Assembly: GCA_051362555.1 (NCBI GenBank)
Contig: CM120648.1
Location: forward strand, 4,150,587-4,214,586
Source: Lingula anatina
Lineage: Eukaryota > Animalia > Brachiopoda
Length of the DNA stretch: 64,000 nt
Direction of reading: 5' to 3'
Shown: piece after piece, positions 34,201 to 45,539 of the stretch
How positions within the stretch are numbered: position 1 is the first letter of the stretch
How the letters are laid out: each line of letters starts with the position of its first letter
Program-made: the position numbers and the translations under genes
Notes under the pieces: generated by a model
Database searches by the model: none
Told to the model about the DNA's origin: nothing
Seen by the model: only the letters and a program-made list of their open reading frames with translations

Positions 34201-36434
34201 GACTCTACAAGATAATCCACCTTTGTTCGGTCGCTAGTATCGGTAAAAGTTGTAATCTTGTTACCTAGCTTTTCAACTCCAGAGTGGCAGCTTATTTTCT
34301 TTTCTATCCCCTCCTTCTTCACCTCGTCTTCACCACCGCCACACCTGGCAAGGGGCTCTCTATCATTTAATCCGTGTCCGCGAGATGCGTGCACAATTAA
34401 CCGCCCGCTTGCTTGACAAGATTCATGGCTTTTACGGGCCTCTTTAGCACCTGACTGAGCCGTGTCATTACTCGCCGGAGGTAGCACTTTATCTGCGCGT
34501 GAGACACTCCCCCTGTCGTGACTTGCCTTCATTTCGACAGAAGATGTCACATTTACGTGTATGGCGCCATCTTTGGGTGACGACGTAGTCAAGGAGTTCT
34601 CTTTTCTCGCGGCCTTCTCCGCGATCGCATCATCGATATCGGCTTTGCTTTCAATGCACAGAGGCTCCGTCGGTGATTTACGTGCACTTTGGGCCCCCCG
34701 CTCCACCCCGGCCATATCTGTTAAAGATTTTCGTAGCTCAGCGTTCATTTGTCGGAAACTTGGTACCTTACTTCGGTCGACGTAACCAAAGTTTGTTTTG
34801 ATGGCCGTTAGCACGTGTTGTTCCGCGGGTGCCGTTTTAACGTGTTGTTTTGAGTAACGATAGTTGTCAGTTTTGTGAAGGGAGACATCCTTCTTACATA
34901 AATAATGCACAGCGCTCACAGCGGCCTCTGTGGCCTCTTTGTTTGGTTTCTCTGAAATTGTTTGTTCAGAAAACGTTTCTCTGCACGCACTGTTACCATG
35001 ACAACCATCTTTAACGCTGCTGCAGCAACCAGCCACTTTGTAGTCATTATTATTATTATTACTATTGCTTGTTATATTCTCATCAGTAGTATCTTCGTCT
35101 ACGGAGCGGCCGGACGCAAGAATATTTTTATTAATTGGATCTTTTTCTGTGGCTCCATTCTCCTTGTTACACTCCTCAATAAATGATGATTGTTCAGTTA
35201 AAGTTGACATCGTCATTATAGTGTCCTGTGACGAAATACTCTCCGTGTCCGCGTCGGAAAAATCCGACATGTCGGCAGCACGAAGTGCCCACACCCTATC
35301 AGAGCTCGTCACGTCCAGTCTCCATAGCGGCGTACACGGTATTTCACTTTTACTGGGCTCAGTTTTTTCTAGCATACCTAGTGGAGAATACTTCCCTCCT
35401 GAGGCACATTCATTGGGGCTGTCGTACCCAATATGTTCTGCCAGCCGTTCAGGTATATCTACATCACCGCACTCTGAAGGTGAAAATGAAGAGGAGTGGC
35501 GGTTCATGACGTCCTGTGTCTCGGAGTGCGGTTTTGAGTCTGGAGTGTCATCACTGCGGTTGCATTGGTCATGTTTGCACTGATTTTCAGTGATTGGCGT
35601 CGTTTTTATTTCATCACTGTTCGCGGTTTTGTCTTCCGCATTAGTATCATTAACATCGATATTAATGTCGCAGGAAAAGAGATGGAATCTCGTGTCGTTG
35701 CTGAGACTGTCATTGTTGTCAGTGATTATATCTTTTTCTCTTACAAAATTATCGTTTTCTAAATTTGAGGTGTCACGCGCTGCGCATTCAGCCCCGGGTG
35801 AAACGCAGTTTATCTCACTGGCGCCCCCTGGCGATGCGGTGTCTGTTGCTCCAATGGCGCCCTCTGGTGAAGAGGCCTGGGCTGACCACTTGACTCTCTC
35901 AGTGGCGCCCCCAAGGCCGTCATCTTTGGCAGACTTAGTAACATTACACAGACTTGGTGCATTATTTGGTTTATCGACCAGATGTTCTGGGGAACACAAC
36001 ACACCGTTGTTGTGATTACTTACGTGTTCTGTTTTATTTAAATGTTTATTCCGTGGTGTGGATTGCAATTTACATTGCGATTCTGATGCCAAGTCACACT
36101 TGGCGGTCGTTATTGTGACTTCATGCAGGGAATTAATTGGAACACGACCCGCACCAGAGCAGGGTGTCTGGCCTGACAAATTCTGCTGCGTTTTCATCGA
36201 TTTTGACGGTTGTTCTTGAGAACTGGGGTCTGCCGCCTGATCCCTGGTCTCGCTCGGAATGTGGTTCGGGTCACGTGAACATGCTTGGTGACGTGGCTTC
36301 CGCTTCCTTGAAAATGTCCCGTATTCACCGTCATCTGTAGTTTCCAATTCGTCCATGATCTTCTCGTAGAGAACGCTAAATGCGTCTACCTCGTCTGTAT
36401 GCGCGGATTTGTCTGAAGATGAAAAATCACACAT
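31284..36434 (-). CDS. Uncharacterised 1716-aa Ser/Thr/Asp/Lys-rich protein, probably disordered, encoded in one giant exon
   Basis: 5151-bp stop-free frame, richer in GC and CpG than its flanks. A TACAG acceptor lies about 10 nt upstream of the ATG, with an in-frame TAG before the ATG. I recognise no domain. Confidence 0.8.
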   Translation of the reverse strand: MCDFSSSDKSAHTDEVDAFSVLYEKIMDELETTDDGEYGTFSRKRKPRHQACSRDPNHIPSETRDQAADPSSQEQPSKSMKTQQNLSGQTPCSGAGRVPINSLHEVTITTAKCDLASESQCKLQSTPRNKHLNKTEHVSNHNNGVLCSPEHLVDKPNNAPSLCNVTKSAKDDGLGGATERVKWSAQASSPEGAIGATDTASPGGASEINCVSPGAECAARDTSNLENDNFVREKDIITDNNDSLSNDTRFHLFSCDINIDVNDTNAEDKTANSDEIKTTPITENQCKHDQCNRSDDTPDSKPHSETQDVMNRHSSSFSPSECGDVDIPERLAEHIGYDSPNECASGGKYSPLGMLEKTEPSKSEIPCTPLWRLDVTSSDRVWALRAADMSDFSDADTESISSQDTIMTMSTLTEQSSFIEECNKENGATEKDPINKNILASGRSVDEDTTDENITSNSNNNNNDYKVAGCCSSVKDGCHGNSACRETFSEQTISEKPNKEATEAAVSAVHYLCKKDVSLHKTDNYRYSKQHVKTAPAEQHVLTAIKTNFGYVDRSKVPSFRQMNAELRKSLTDMAGVERGAQSARKSPTEPLCIESKADIDDAIAEKAARKENSLTTSSPKDGAIHVNVTSSVEMKASHDRGSVSRADKVLPPASNDTAQSGAKEARKSHESCQASGRLIVHASRGHGLNDREPLARCGGGEDEVKKEGIEKKISCHSGVEKLGNKITTFTDTSDRTKVDYLVESPVIAASRDENHFGDRRHSTGSRFVADGIRSTPRRNLDLKTNISHCRSKFAGHTETEPIWVPLVTQTDESKSFREETSGTVNRDIHRVDAHFIPSKDRPVDNKNRSDLKAYPREDSVHDGKDKNRSDFNVNVHKDNTGDTNERLVPDTIKSAYDKNVTVLNRGPSQNEDTDCASRGCTNTACTHREAKLKHKFSDNGPRNSCASDLNIIKTPFKENRKRSKSDSATSGDTGPDVSHSKVKSVSTQAFFENSQVRRSSEHLNNMPKPRSNLSSSSENTDSTSTSSSSDSADTSDVYLRTVVYDKMSKRGVSQRDVSERAVTSDKKVHENEVLDRGRSLHKRKDNVNMHGSAAARQAAKSNSRKVDEKKRDAQYSSAKLRPKLQPLDCSSQLRTKPDSTSSPTTPGNHASQKLRTEKDPPSPASPGDHLNTMLDQMVKHLKDLNTSGSIENIYKFSQLQLPNFDKYKDKTRNKSESPVERVNKKQNCGLDEVDTIERRRRAKSMDSRPRLKNSDVLLEKETVGSLNRVRSKDDALGVTDAIETLCRVRAKDDLPPFLRSTSTQTSKRFEDQGARVTAPPRSQTTACHMPHKGTCDVEKLEQYTRSRPQQPPNPQRLFRRHTTTISNYPRRPWLPTEDFFQKEKMKTLGPSFSREFRLNAATQPNACELEKFVARDSQRIEKIRQRYKSSPEMRNNELESNVQEQDKFQVGRRELEALQSAAPDPILSGEQHAPVSPAEVRKTSLLSPETYSPRPRRSILPTNKVISVITESQDNIYQSQEPLDQPRYCSKYELHMEKPRNFAEQARSFTNRCLQLLHKGKQKKSPEGSKMETPAINDGATSKTRFKTSTRKFHSKRNEPLSKKTYSSPDITSSDCEPQYEATKFRYEADMWTQPSASKDSVLCQQEGYFENRARQPFDVADDDFEDVFVPPWSERSPPDGAPSNSPRDSKVMDGEFRDDSSLKSKKLRPKSCYV

Positions 36435-39354
36435 TTGCTATGAACTGTAGGCCTATGATAAAATCTTTAATGTTTTTCAAATATTAACATTTTGTTCAAC
36501 ATTACTTAAAGTATTTTAATTGAAACAAACAAAAAATACCTGGCGTAAAATAATATTTGGCAAGATAACAATTGTATGCAAATAATTCAAATGCAAGGGT
36601 GCACCCTCCTACTATCTTTTATGTGAAGTTACATGTAGAAAACAGACATACTTTGAGGCAGACAGAGCTTATGTTTTATTTTTCATTATGGAGGGGGTAG
36701 AGAAAGGTGTTGCGATCGAAAAAAAAAAGATTAATGTTTTCGTCACACCCTTTCCTGACTTCATTACATCACACACCCACAGGGTATGTGTTTTTTTATT
36801 TATTTCAGAATGTATTTATGGCGACAGATTACAAGATAAGGCAATGCGATTAACCGGAAGGTCTATATGGTTGGAAGTGAGCCGACCGAAAAAAAATGCT
36901 AGATCATATAAGGTTAACTTACTACTCATGTCAAGTGCTTTTTGCGAGCAACAACTATCAGCCATTGCGTTGACAACTTCAGCAATTCCAGATACGTGGC
37001 TGGTTTTCTTCACAGAGTTGTCGTCTGCGTCTGCCGTCTGTCGATTATGACGGTTAACGTCTGTTTTTGTTATCTGCGGACTTTGAACGGTATCGTCTGC
37101 TCCATTTTTGACGAAACTTTCATCTTTTACGAACTGAACAGAATTCATTTGAAGTCGAGTTTCATTCATATAAAGCAAACGGAAACAATACCCATCTGCT
37201 TCTTTAATGAAGATGAAAACTGCTCATGATTACTTTCAAAAAAGAAATAAATTCTTGAGAAATCTGAGTTATTGCAACTACTGTGAATGATGCAATCGCA
37301 AAATCTCTTTTTTTAATGTAAAATGTTTGTCCATTCACTTTCAAAGCAACTGAATATGTTGAACACATAAATGTTTAAATGCGTTCTTGCTTTAGATTAA
37401 ACGCAGTAGGCCTAACGTAAAATGTCAGTGCAACCCCTTAAACGCCGCAGTCGCCTGTAAAAAATCTTAACAACTCCTTGTATGTTTTTTTTTCCTTTCC
37501 ACTCCCATTTAAAGAGGTTTCGATAAATTTCAAGTATCAAATGCACGTGTTGACGCTCAGCGCAGCAGTTTCACGCAGTTCTTCATGTCGTTTAGAAACA
37601 ATAATATCCCGTTTCTTTTCTAGAGATACATACATACAAGGTACATCTTTATCCTGTAGCTAATCGCAGGTGAGTACTAATGATTTTACATTAAAGCGCT
37701 GGATGTATCACGTTTTGTCAGACTGCCATTAGTTCAAGTTTGACCGTGGCAGCTAAATCCGTCACAGTAACAAAAAGTCACATCACCCTCAATTGAGAAA
37801 TGTCGCGTGATTAACTCACAGATACCAACGAAGACAGACTGCAATTATCTAGCATATGTTGTCCCACTTGCTCTCTTTCCTATAATGCTGTAAGCTCGAA
37901 CAAAATCGATACAGTTTGTCGGAGTTCGAAATGATTGGACACGTTAGCGTTCCGAGCGACCCTTAAACAAAGCAGCATCGTCTTTTATAACCCACTGTCT
38001 TCAGATCATTGGTACGATGTAAGGAATAAAATTCTGAGGTGACCTGTACATATTTTCGGTAGCTCCAGAGCAGCGATATTGGAATCCCTCCAGCTGCAGG
38101 TGGTGCCAGAAACTCTCCTCTTTCCAGTGCGTGTTTTAAAACACCCAGCGTTCTGTTTATCAGCGTAAACACTTCACAGTTAAGCTATGTCAGTAGTACA
38201 GAGCAGTAGTAGAAACGGTAGAAAGGCATTTTGAATCATATTTTGCAACCAACACCTCGAAAACAAACATTTGCCTTACTTGATTAGCGCCCAGTTTCTG
38301 GGTCGTTATGGTAGCACGTATCTGCTACTGAGCTATGAAAAATACGCACGAACGTCATAAGCAAAGAAAAACGCCATCATCTCTCCTCTTGAGTACAACA
38401 GGCCACTGTCAATCCGTAAGACAACACGCAGCTCCTGGAATTTCTCTGTTTGCTATATATAATATATACACACACATCCTCATCGGTGTTCATTGCTGGG
38501 TAAAATCTGTATATAATGCTACAGGCTCGGCAACACCGTCTGTTGTTTCGATTGCCTAACATACGGAATGAATATTGTTTAAATTGTCTCAAGTGAGTCC
38601 GTAAATTGAGAAATCCAATACACAGTAGCTGTTCCTGCTGAATACAATGGCTACTAAACAAAAGCCTGAGAGATTCTGGCGGATGCTGGAATTATCAGCT
38701 ATTACCGTTGCCCTGCGCACCGACTAAATATTCGTGTCAGCATAAACCTACAATTTCTGTTGGATAATTCTCTGGATAACTGCGCTAGTTTTGTACACAC
38801 GGACTAATTTTTCTTTCAAATTCTCTGAAGTCTTCACGGCACGTGCAAAACAATTGAAAAAGGCCTTGAGGTTGCTCTGCGGCGTGTTTAATGAGGTGCT
38901 ACGCATCGGGTCCCGCGTCTGGGATTATCCTGTTAACTTGCGCAACGCTGCCGCAGCGGCCGTGATCCTGAAATGAAAAGAAAGTCAATGAAAAAAGGAT
39001 GTGAATGAAATTCCAAGTTAAACCAGACTGCCAGGAACTTCACCGCCAGCATGAAGGCAACGGGTTGATTACATGTACGAGGAGTGGTGCTGTTTCATCT
39101 ACTGTAACCCCATGCAACGTTGCCTAATAATCAGGAATATCTCCTCTACTTTGTTAAAAGTAAAGAAATTACGTTTTATCGTGTTTTTTAAGAAAGGGCA
39201 GATTGTTATACTTCAAAATGCTAATTATTGATTGTAAAAAAATGCAAACAACGCACGTATGTGTGGCGAGTGTTTAAGGCAAAAATGCGTACATTGGCAA
39301 CAACAACAACAACAAAAAAAGCGTGTTTGCGTTCGTGCTTGCCAGCGCGCGCGC

Positions 39355-39385
<31 letters not shown>

Positions 39386-40585
39386 GAAGGACGCAAGGAT
39401 ACTGAAAGAAAGAGAGAGAGAAGGAGAGAGATTGTATATTTAAACTGCTCACGTAGATGCACTCAGAGCAATCTGCTTAGACACTACTAGACTACAGACA
39501 CTACTATTTAATCAAGGATCCATTTTGGACCAATGTTATATCCATCCAGGCGCCTTTAAATAAATTCAGGTGAATCCTAACCATTGCAGTAATAGAGAGA
39601 TTTTCTATCAATATATTGTTATTGGCGGGGGCAGGAGGCATCACTTCCTCACCAAGTACAGTTAAAACAAGATTTACAATTCTTTTTCGATATTCACCTC
39701 CACAAACAATGCACAATCATGAACATAGACAATTAAACTACATCATTACTTAGATAAATAATTAAACAGCACATAAACATATTTTTCGAGCTTGACCTAT
39801 TCCATTCAGTGTTATGGATGACCCCCCCCCCCCCCCCCCCTCTTCATTAGCTAGCATCACCTAACCTAGCGGCCACATCCACTGTACAAATTACTACATC
39901 TCCTCAGGATTAAGATCAGGCTGTAAAAATACCATTAGAAAGGTAAACTCTCTAAGTACTATCTTATGTTGTCTGGCTGGTCCCATACAGTTTACCCACT
40001 TAATAAACAGATGTCACGCACACGTGTACGCACTCACCGTTTTTTCTTTCTTTCTTTCTTTCTTTCTTTCTTTTTTTCCCAATAAACACGTTAAAAAGTT
40101 TACGCACACTCACCTGCGTGCGTTCTGTGGCAGACCTCTTTCTAATCGGCCCTCGAACGATCTTAAACGCTTAAACCCTAACCGTGCCACCTGCGTTCAC
40201 AGTTTCCTTAAAATCAACCACCCGTCAAAAGCTTGCGTATTCATATATAAATACATTAGACGGTGTAAATCTATCCCAGAGGACCCTCCAATTAACTTGG
40301 GATTAGATATATCTCGACACAATGCACACATCAATCATTTTTACGTAGTAAAGGATGGATCTATCAATAAGTTAATGTCCATCTTTTAGTTGCCAAAAAA
40401 CAATGAACATCTTCGTAATCTTCAGGGATATGCTATGATTACATCGTGCGGTCATTTTAAACATGAGAGTCCTCAGTGTGTATGGATTTTTGCTTTATAG
40501 TTTCCTTGTGCAATAACTAAGCGAAAATAATTTTTTCAAACACGTAGAACGATAATAACAGGTTAAATGATATTTCCCTTCTAAA

Positions 40586-40598
40586 ACACACACACACG

Positions 40599-40659
<61 letters not shown>
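40586..40659. repeat. Compound (CA)n(GA)n microsatellite
   Basis: Read directly. Other microsatellites: ~2165-2219 (CT/C), 39356-39384 (GT), 52394-52455 (TA), 58911-58988 (TA/CA), 59147-59184 (CT), 62137-62170 (GT). Confidence 0.95.
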
Positions 40660-40661
<2 letters not shown>

Positions 40662-43600
40662 GCAGAAGTAATGAACTTTCCCCAAAAACAAGCAAGCCAA
40701 ATTTGATTTATTTTCAACCTTCTTCAATTTCATTTTTGGGCGTAATTGCCGACGGTCTTCCCCGCCCAGTATCTGGTGTGTGTTATAATGCTGTAGGCCC
40801 TACTCCACATTATCATACAATGCAACTTTAAAATGAAGACCGACTGAGTGACCCAAACCGCAAAAAAAAAAAAAAAAAAAAAAAAAACAGGCAGACATCA
40901 GTATATAGATGTTTGTAAGAGGGCGTATATTTTAAAATGCACTGCTTTATCTATGATTCAGAGCAGAGTACGATGAATTCACCCCGAATCTCAAAGGACA
41001 CTTGTAAGCCGTCTTCTCTACTATCGGCATGCCTTTCAGTATTGGACTGGAAATGGCAGATGCATGATTGTACATGTACTTGGAGAGGTGGGTTTACAGT
41101 GCCTTTTGAAACTCATGGTGGTTTTCTGTCGACTACAGGAAAACTGTAGAGACACGCCCACAAACTTTATATTAGGCATACAGTAAACCCTTGTAAGACC
41201 CTCTTGTAACAGCGTGATTTTTCCAAACATACACAGTAGAAAGTAGATAGAAGCGAAAAAGTTTTCTCATATTGAAAAAAAAAGGGGGGGGGAAAGAATT
41301 TAGAATAAAACAAATGGCGCTTCTGATTACTATTTATCTATTTATCTGTCTATCTATCTAGGACACTGTAAACCTACCTCTCGTCAGATAGATAAATAAT
41401 TACATGATTTTTTAGAAAGGCGAACACTCTAAGTACTGCCTTATGTTGCTTGGACTGTCTGAGTGGTCGTAAGTAACTTATGGTCATTCAATTCGGTACG
41501 CTTTTTAGGAAATGCCAGCGATTTTAATCAAGAAAAAAGATTCGCTTCGACTATTTAAATACCCACCGTCATCAGTCAACAAATAAACCATTGGGTCACA
41601 GATATATAATTACTCCATTTCTATGAGTTTTGGCTTAATATATTAGGGCAGAGGAGAAAATAGTCAGCCTTCCATTATCTACAAAGGTGAAAGGTATCCC
41701 CAGTATAAATACAACTTTCATAAAAACCACAAATAATCACAAAAATGAATGGATATGAACGACCAGAAGCTGCACTTGGAATAAATCGAATACGTACCAG
41801 CCGGTTCTAACACGTTGGTCAGCTTCCTACACGTCTTCATTAACGATGAGATCTCTGGCCGCTAACCACTGCATAATTTGGGACTAAATATCGAAAGGAC
41901 ATCGACATCCAGGACATCGATATCATTTTTCCTCTTACACACCGCGGTTTCCATTCATCTGTGCACAGCCTTTTAAATCTGCGAATATCATCTTCAAACA
42001 ATATTAGACCGGCAGTAAAAAGCCTTCTTTTTATACAAAACTGGTCTCGTGGACTATCGCCAGTGCATATCCCTTTTTAAGCTGCATAAACGGCTGGAGT
42101 GGTGTCAAGTATTGAACTGGGCACAATAACAATACCGCCAGGACCCGTGATCTGCCTTGTGAATCGATTCAATCCATGCGAATGCACGCCTTTGAAACGG
42201 CGTCTGTTTTAAACGATTTTATTGGAAACGTTTGCTTGCGTTGTATTGTGTGAAATGGGAGCAGAAAGAAAAGAAAGTGTTTAAGAAAAACACTGGGAGG
42301 TCAGAAAAGGAATGTTTTGGAATGTTGAGTTATCTGCAGATGAAGCAAATCTGGCCAAAAGTTCTGGAATCCGTGATAACTGCTTTCTTTCAAAATGCTG
42401 TTAGAGCTTTAAAAAGTTTGTTTTTCCAGTGTTATTCCTACTGCTTAATTCAGACGCTTCAGTCATTTATGGTTTCCAAGTCGTGCAGAAATTAAAGAAA
42501 ACAAACAGAAAAAATAACTTTTTAACAAATTTTTTTCTTATCACATTATGTTAGTTGAGAAATAAGTTACACAATTTAAAGGGGTGTGAATGTGGTGGTT
42601 GAGACAGTGTGCCGATAGGGTGAGAGTGTTGGGTCACAATTAAGAAAAACACCTCAAATATGTTGGAGTATCTTACTCAAAAACCGACAGTATTTCTTTC
42701 TTGAAACCAACCCCGAATCGCTATTTTAATATCTCATGTACCGCTTTATTGTGGTAAGTATAATAAGTCTACCCAATTTCTGCAACTGATTTAAAATTTA
42801 GATAGGTCCTATATCTAGTCTATTGTCTAATGTATAAATAAATATCCACAAGCTAAGAATAAAAAAAAAAGAAAAAAAAAACAAACAGATAAATAGATAG
42901 ATAACCCCCCCAAAAATAATAATAATAATAATAAAAATTACCCAATAATAATAATAATAATAATTATCCCTTCACACTGCCTTCACTATCACCACCACCA
43001 CTAGCTGTAGCTGGACGGTAATTACACTTTATACTATATTATATACATGTACATATATAGGCCTACTTTTTAAATACTTTTTTAAAGAATCATGGTGAGG
43101 AAATCCACCTGAAGAAAAGGTTTCAAGCCTTAACCGCAAGGCAAAAACCATTTTGACTCTTTTTTTAAATAGTCGACAGCATCTTGACTTGATGGTATTT
43201 AGTTGGGTTTAGGTTGCACTGTGATTGTTCTTTTTGACATGTGATGTTATGATTCTCCGCCTTAAAGGGTTTGCTTCATGCCGTCAGAATGGCCTGAACG
43301 GAACATATTCTTCAGAAAACATGCCCAACTAACGATATCTTTATCCAAATACACAAATTAAAAGCTCATTTTGTAAATTTTTGGCTTTAAAAAACGTCCT
43401 ATTTGCTCGGCCTGGGAGTTAATGAGCTACGTGGTCACGTGGTACAATGACGACAATCGAGCCACTGGAGAACAGAGCGTGCTTAGCTGTCAAACTGAGC
43501 TGCATTGTCTACCTGTAAGATGACTTCTCTGGCTTCTGATAAAAGTTAATACTCATTCAAATCTCTTACCCGAGGGGTCTAAATCCTCGTGAAGCTGTGT

Positions 43601-45319
43601 AAAACCATTTCCCGTCTAGTCATTTCTTTAACAAGCATTTCATTATGGTTATCCCAAGTTGTATAAAACACTGCATTTGAATGAGTTAAGGGAAATGTTG
43701 ATTATTGCATATGAGGTCCATGTTATTTGTGAAATTCAATTTATTTTATTAAACCGCTGACACTCCGTCTTGCATACTTTTATTAAACTGAGGTAAACAA
43801 TGCCCGTTACCTTTACAAGTCCTATCTTAATCATCCATCTACCTGGAACTTCCTTTACCTCTTAATTAGAGGGTTAAATGGCATTCAATTTGTCTTGCTT
43901 GTATCGAACGCACTCTCTATCTAAGCTTTACTCCAGTTATCTCAGGTAAAAATCTACCTGTGAGTTAGTTACAAAGCGCAGCTCCCGTAGACCTGGGGGT
44001 ACTAGATAAAATCTGAACACCAGGTTTATCGAGGAGCTAGAGAAAGAAAGGAAGAATTTTTCCTGCACAACTTCATAGGAATGTTAACACGGACTTGATC
44101 CAGCTTAGACCTCCAAACTAACAGGGTGACATGGGCAATTTTCACAAACAAATCATAAAACTATATTTCAGTTAACCGCCTTTAAAATAAATATACCGTT
44201 CTGGGTAAATTAAAATAGTTATTAAATCGCAAGAATATTTTTGACTTAAATGATGATTTTATTATTAATGGAAATTAAGCTTCTATATGAGGTACATTTG
44301 CTGTGATTACGCTGTCCTTCATGTTTTGCGTAAGTCTACATTTTGCTGTATGTGCTTGTAATCTTTTTAAATATGTGCGTACAATTTTTGCAGGTCTGGT
44401 TACCCCCCTGTTATGTGATGAGAGTATTAATTTGGCAATTTGTTCCTTAGCTTATTTGAATAGAATTGCAGTGTAAAATTTTCAACAAGATGTTGGCGAA
44501 ATAGCCCATTACTCTTTGTAGGTATTTCCCCCGTCAAAGTTTGTCTAAAATTATCTTTCAATCTTTACTCTTTCAAAGACAGTATAAAGTTACCTGACAT
44601 ATTTTCGTGTAAACTTAATGACAAGCCAAGTGTCTCCAGTTCATTCCGTACTCAATTTTACCCAAGCAAATTTTTTTCTTGAGTAGATCTTTATAGCACG
44701 GTGTTATAAGCTTACAAATTTGCAAAAAAAAAAAAAGAAATTGCGTACTGACGCAGAATTTGCGTTTCAAGTTATAAAATAATCAATCTTTTAAATTCTT
44801 TAATATTTCAGATGAAATAATCTTCAGAAACAAATCCTCAAAGCATAAACGAATTAGGATAACGAACCATTTTATTATAGCAGTTCCCATTTTTTCTTTA
44901 ATATAACGCTCTTTTTCCTATTTTTCCTCAACACGTTTTCTTCCACGGAAGCTTCAAGATACCCTGAGAGCTATTAGACGTTCACTGTTTTATTCTATAG
45001 AAAAAATCGCTTGTATAAAAGGATGCTTTGGTCATTGTAGAAGCAAAGGCATGTCATTTCACATTATTCGAAAGACATTTTTATCAGTCATAATAAATGA
45101 TATTTACCACTTCTAAGGTCTATGTCATATATATGCTTCCATTCATTCAGTGTCCGTTTTTCTCGCCGATAGAGGTCACTGCGTACGCTCCCACTCGACC
45201 CACATTTCAGCAGCAGGTTGCATGAGTTCATTCATCGAGTGTTCTTTGCGTTTATCGTTAATCTGATACTCATAATTCAACAATAATGACTTGTGCGGGT
45301 AGCTGAGGTTGAAGTTAAC

Positions 45320-45539
45320 ATGGAGAAGTCCAAAGAAAATTTTCAGGTAGCTTCTGAAAATCAGGAAATACGATGCAGTCTACCGCCCCACAAGACGCCG
45401 GAGACAACTCGAAACAAAGAAGCTTCGAAAGATGTCAAAACTCCACAAAATACTGGACCAGGTCGTAAAAGAAGGGGACCTAATTGTTCTGACCCTATCC
45501 CATGTTTCAAGAAAGATAACATAGTTTACAAAAGAGGCG
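45320..45539 (+). CDS. RERE: RERE/atrophin-2-like, putative first coding exon
   Basis: ATG 45320 (AACATGG) ... DNIVYKRG, then a GTAAGT donor in phase 1 that joins the next exon to give YKRGECVYV (vertebrate YRPGDCVYI, from memory). Confidence 0.75.

Noticed and set aside
31598-36340. Many short ORFs overlapping the 1716-aa ORF (likewise those overlapping both GPCRs)
   Set aside because: These are shadow ORFs expected from antisense or alternate frames of GC-richer coding DNA.
36816-37178. 120-aa ORF upstream of the giant ORF
   Set aside because: No recognisable homology and no convincing splice link; the giant ORF has an in-frame stop just before its ATG.
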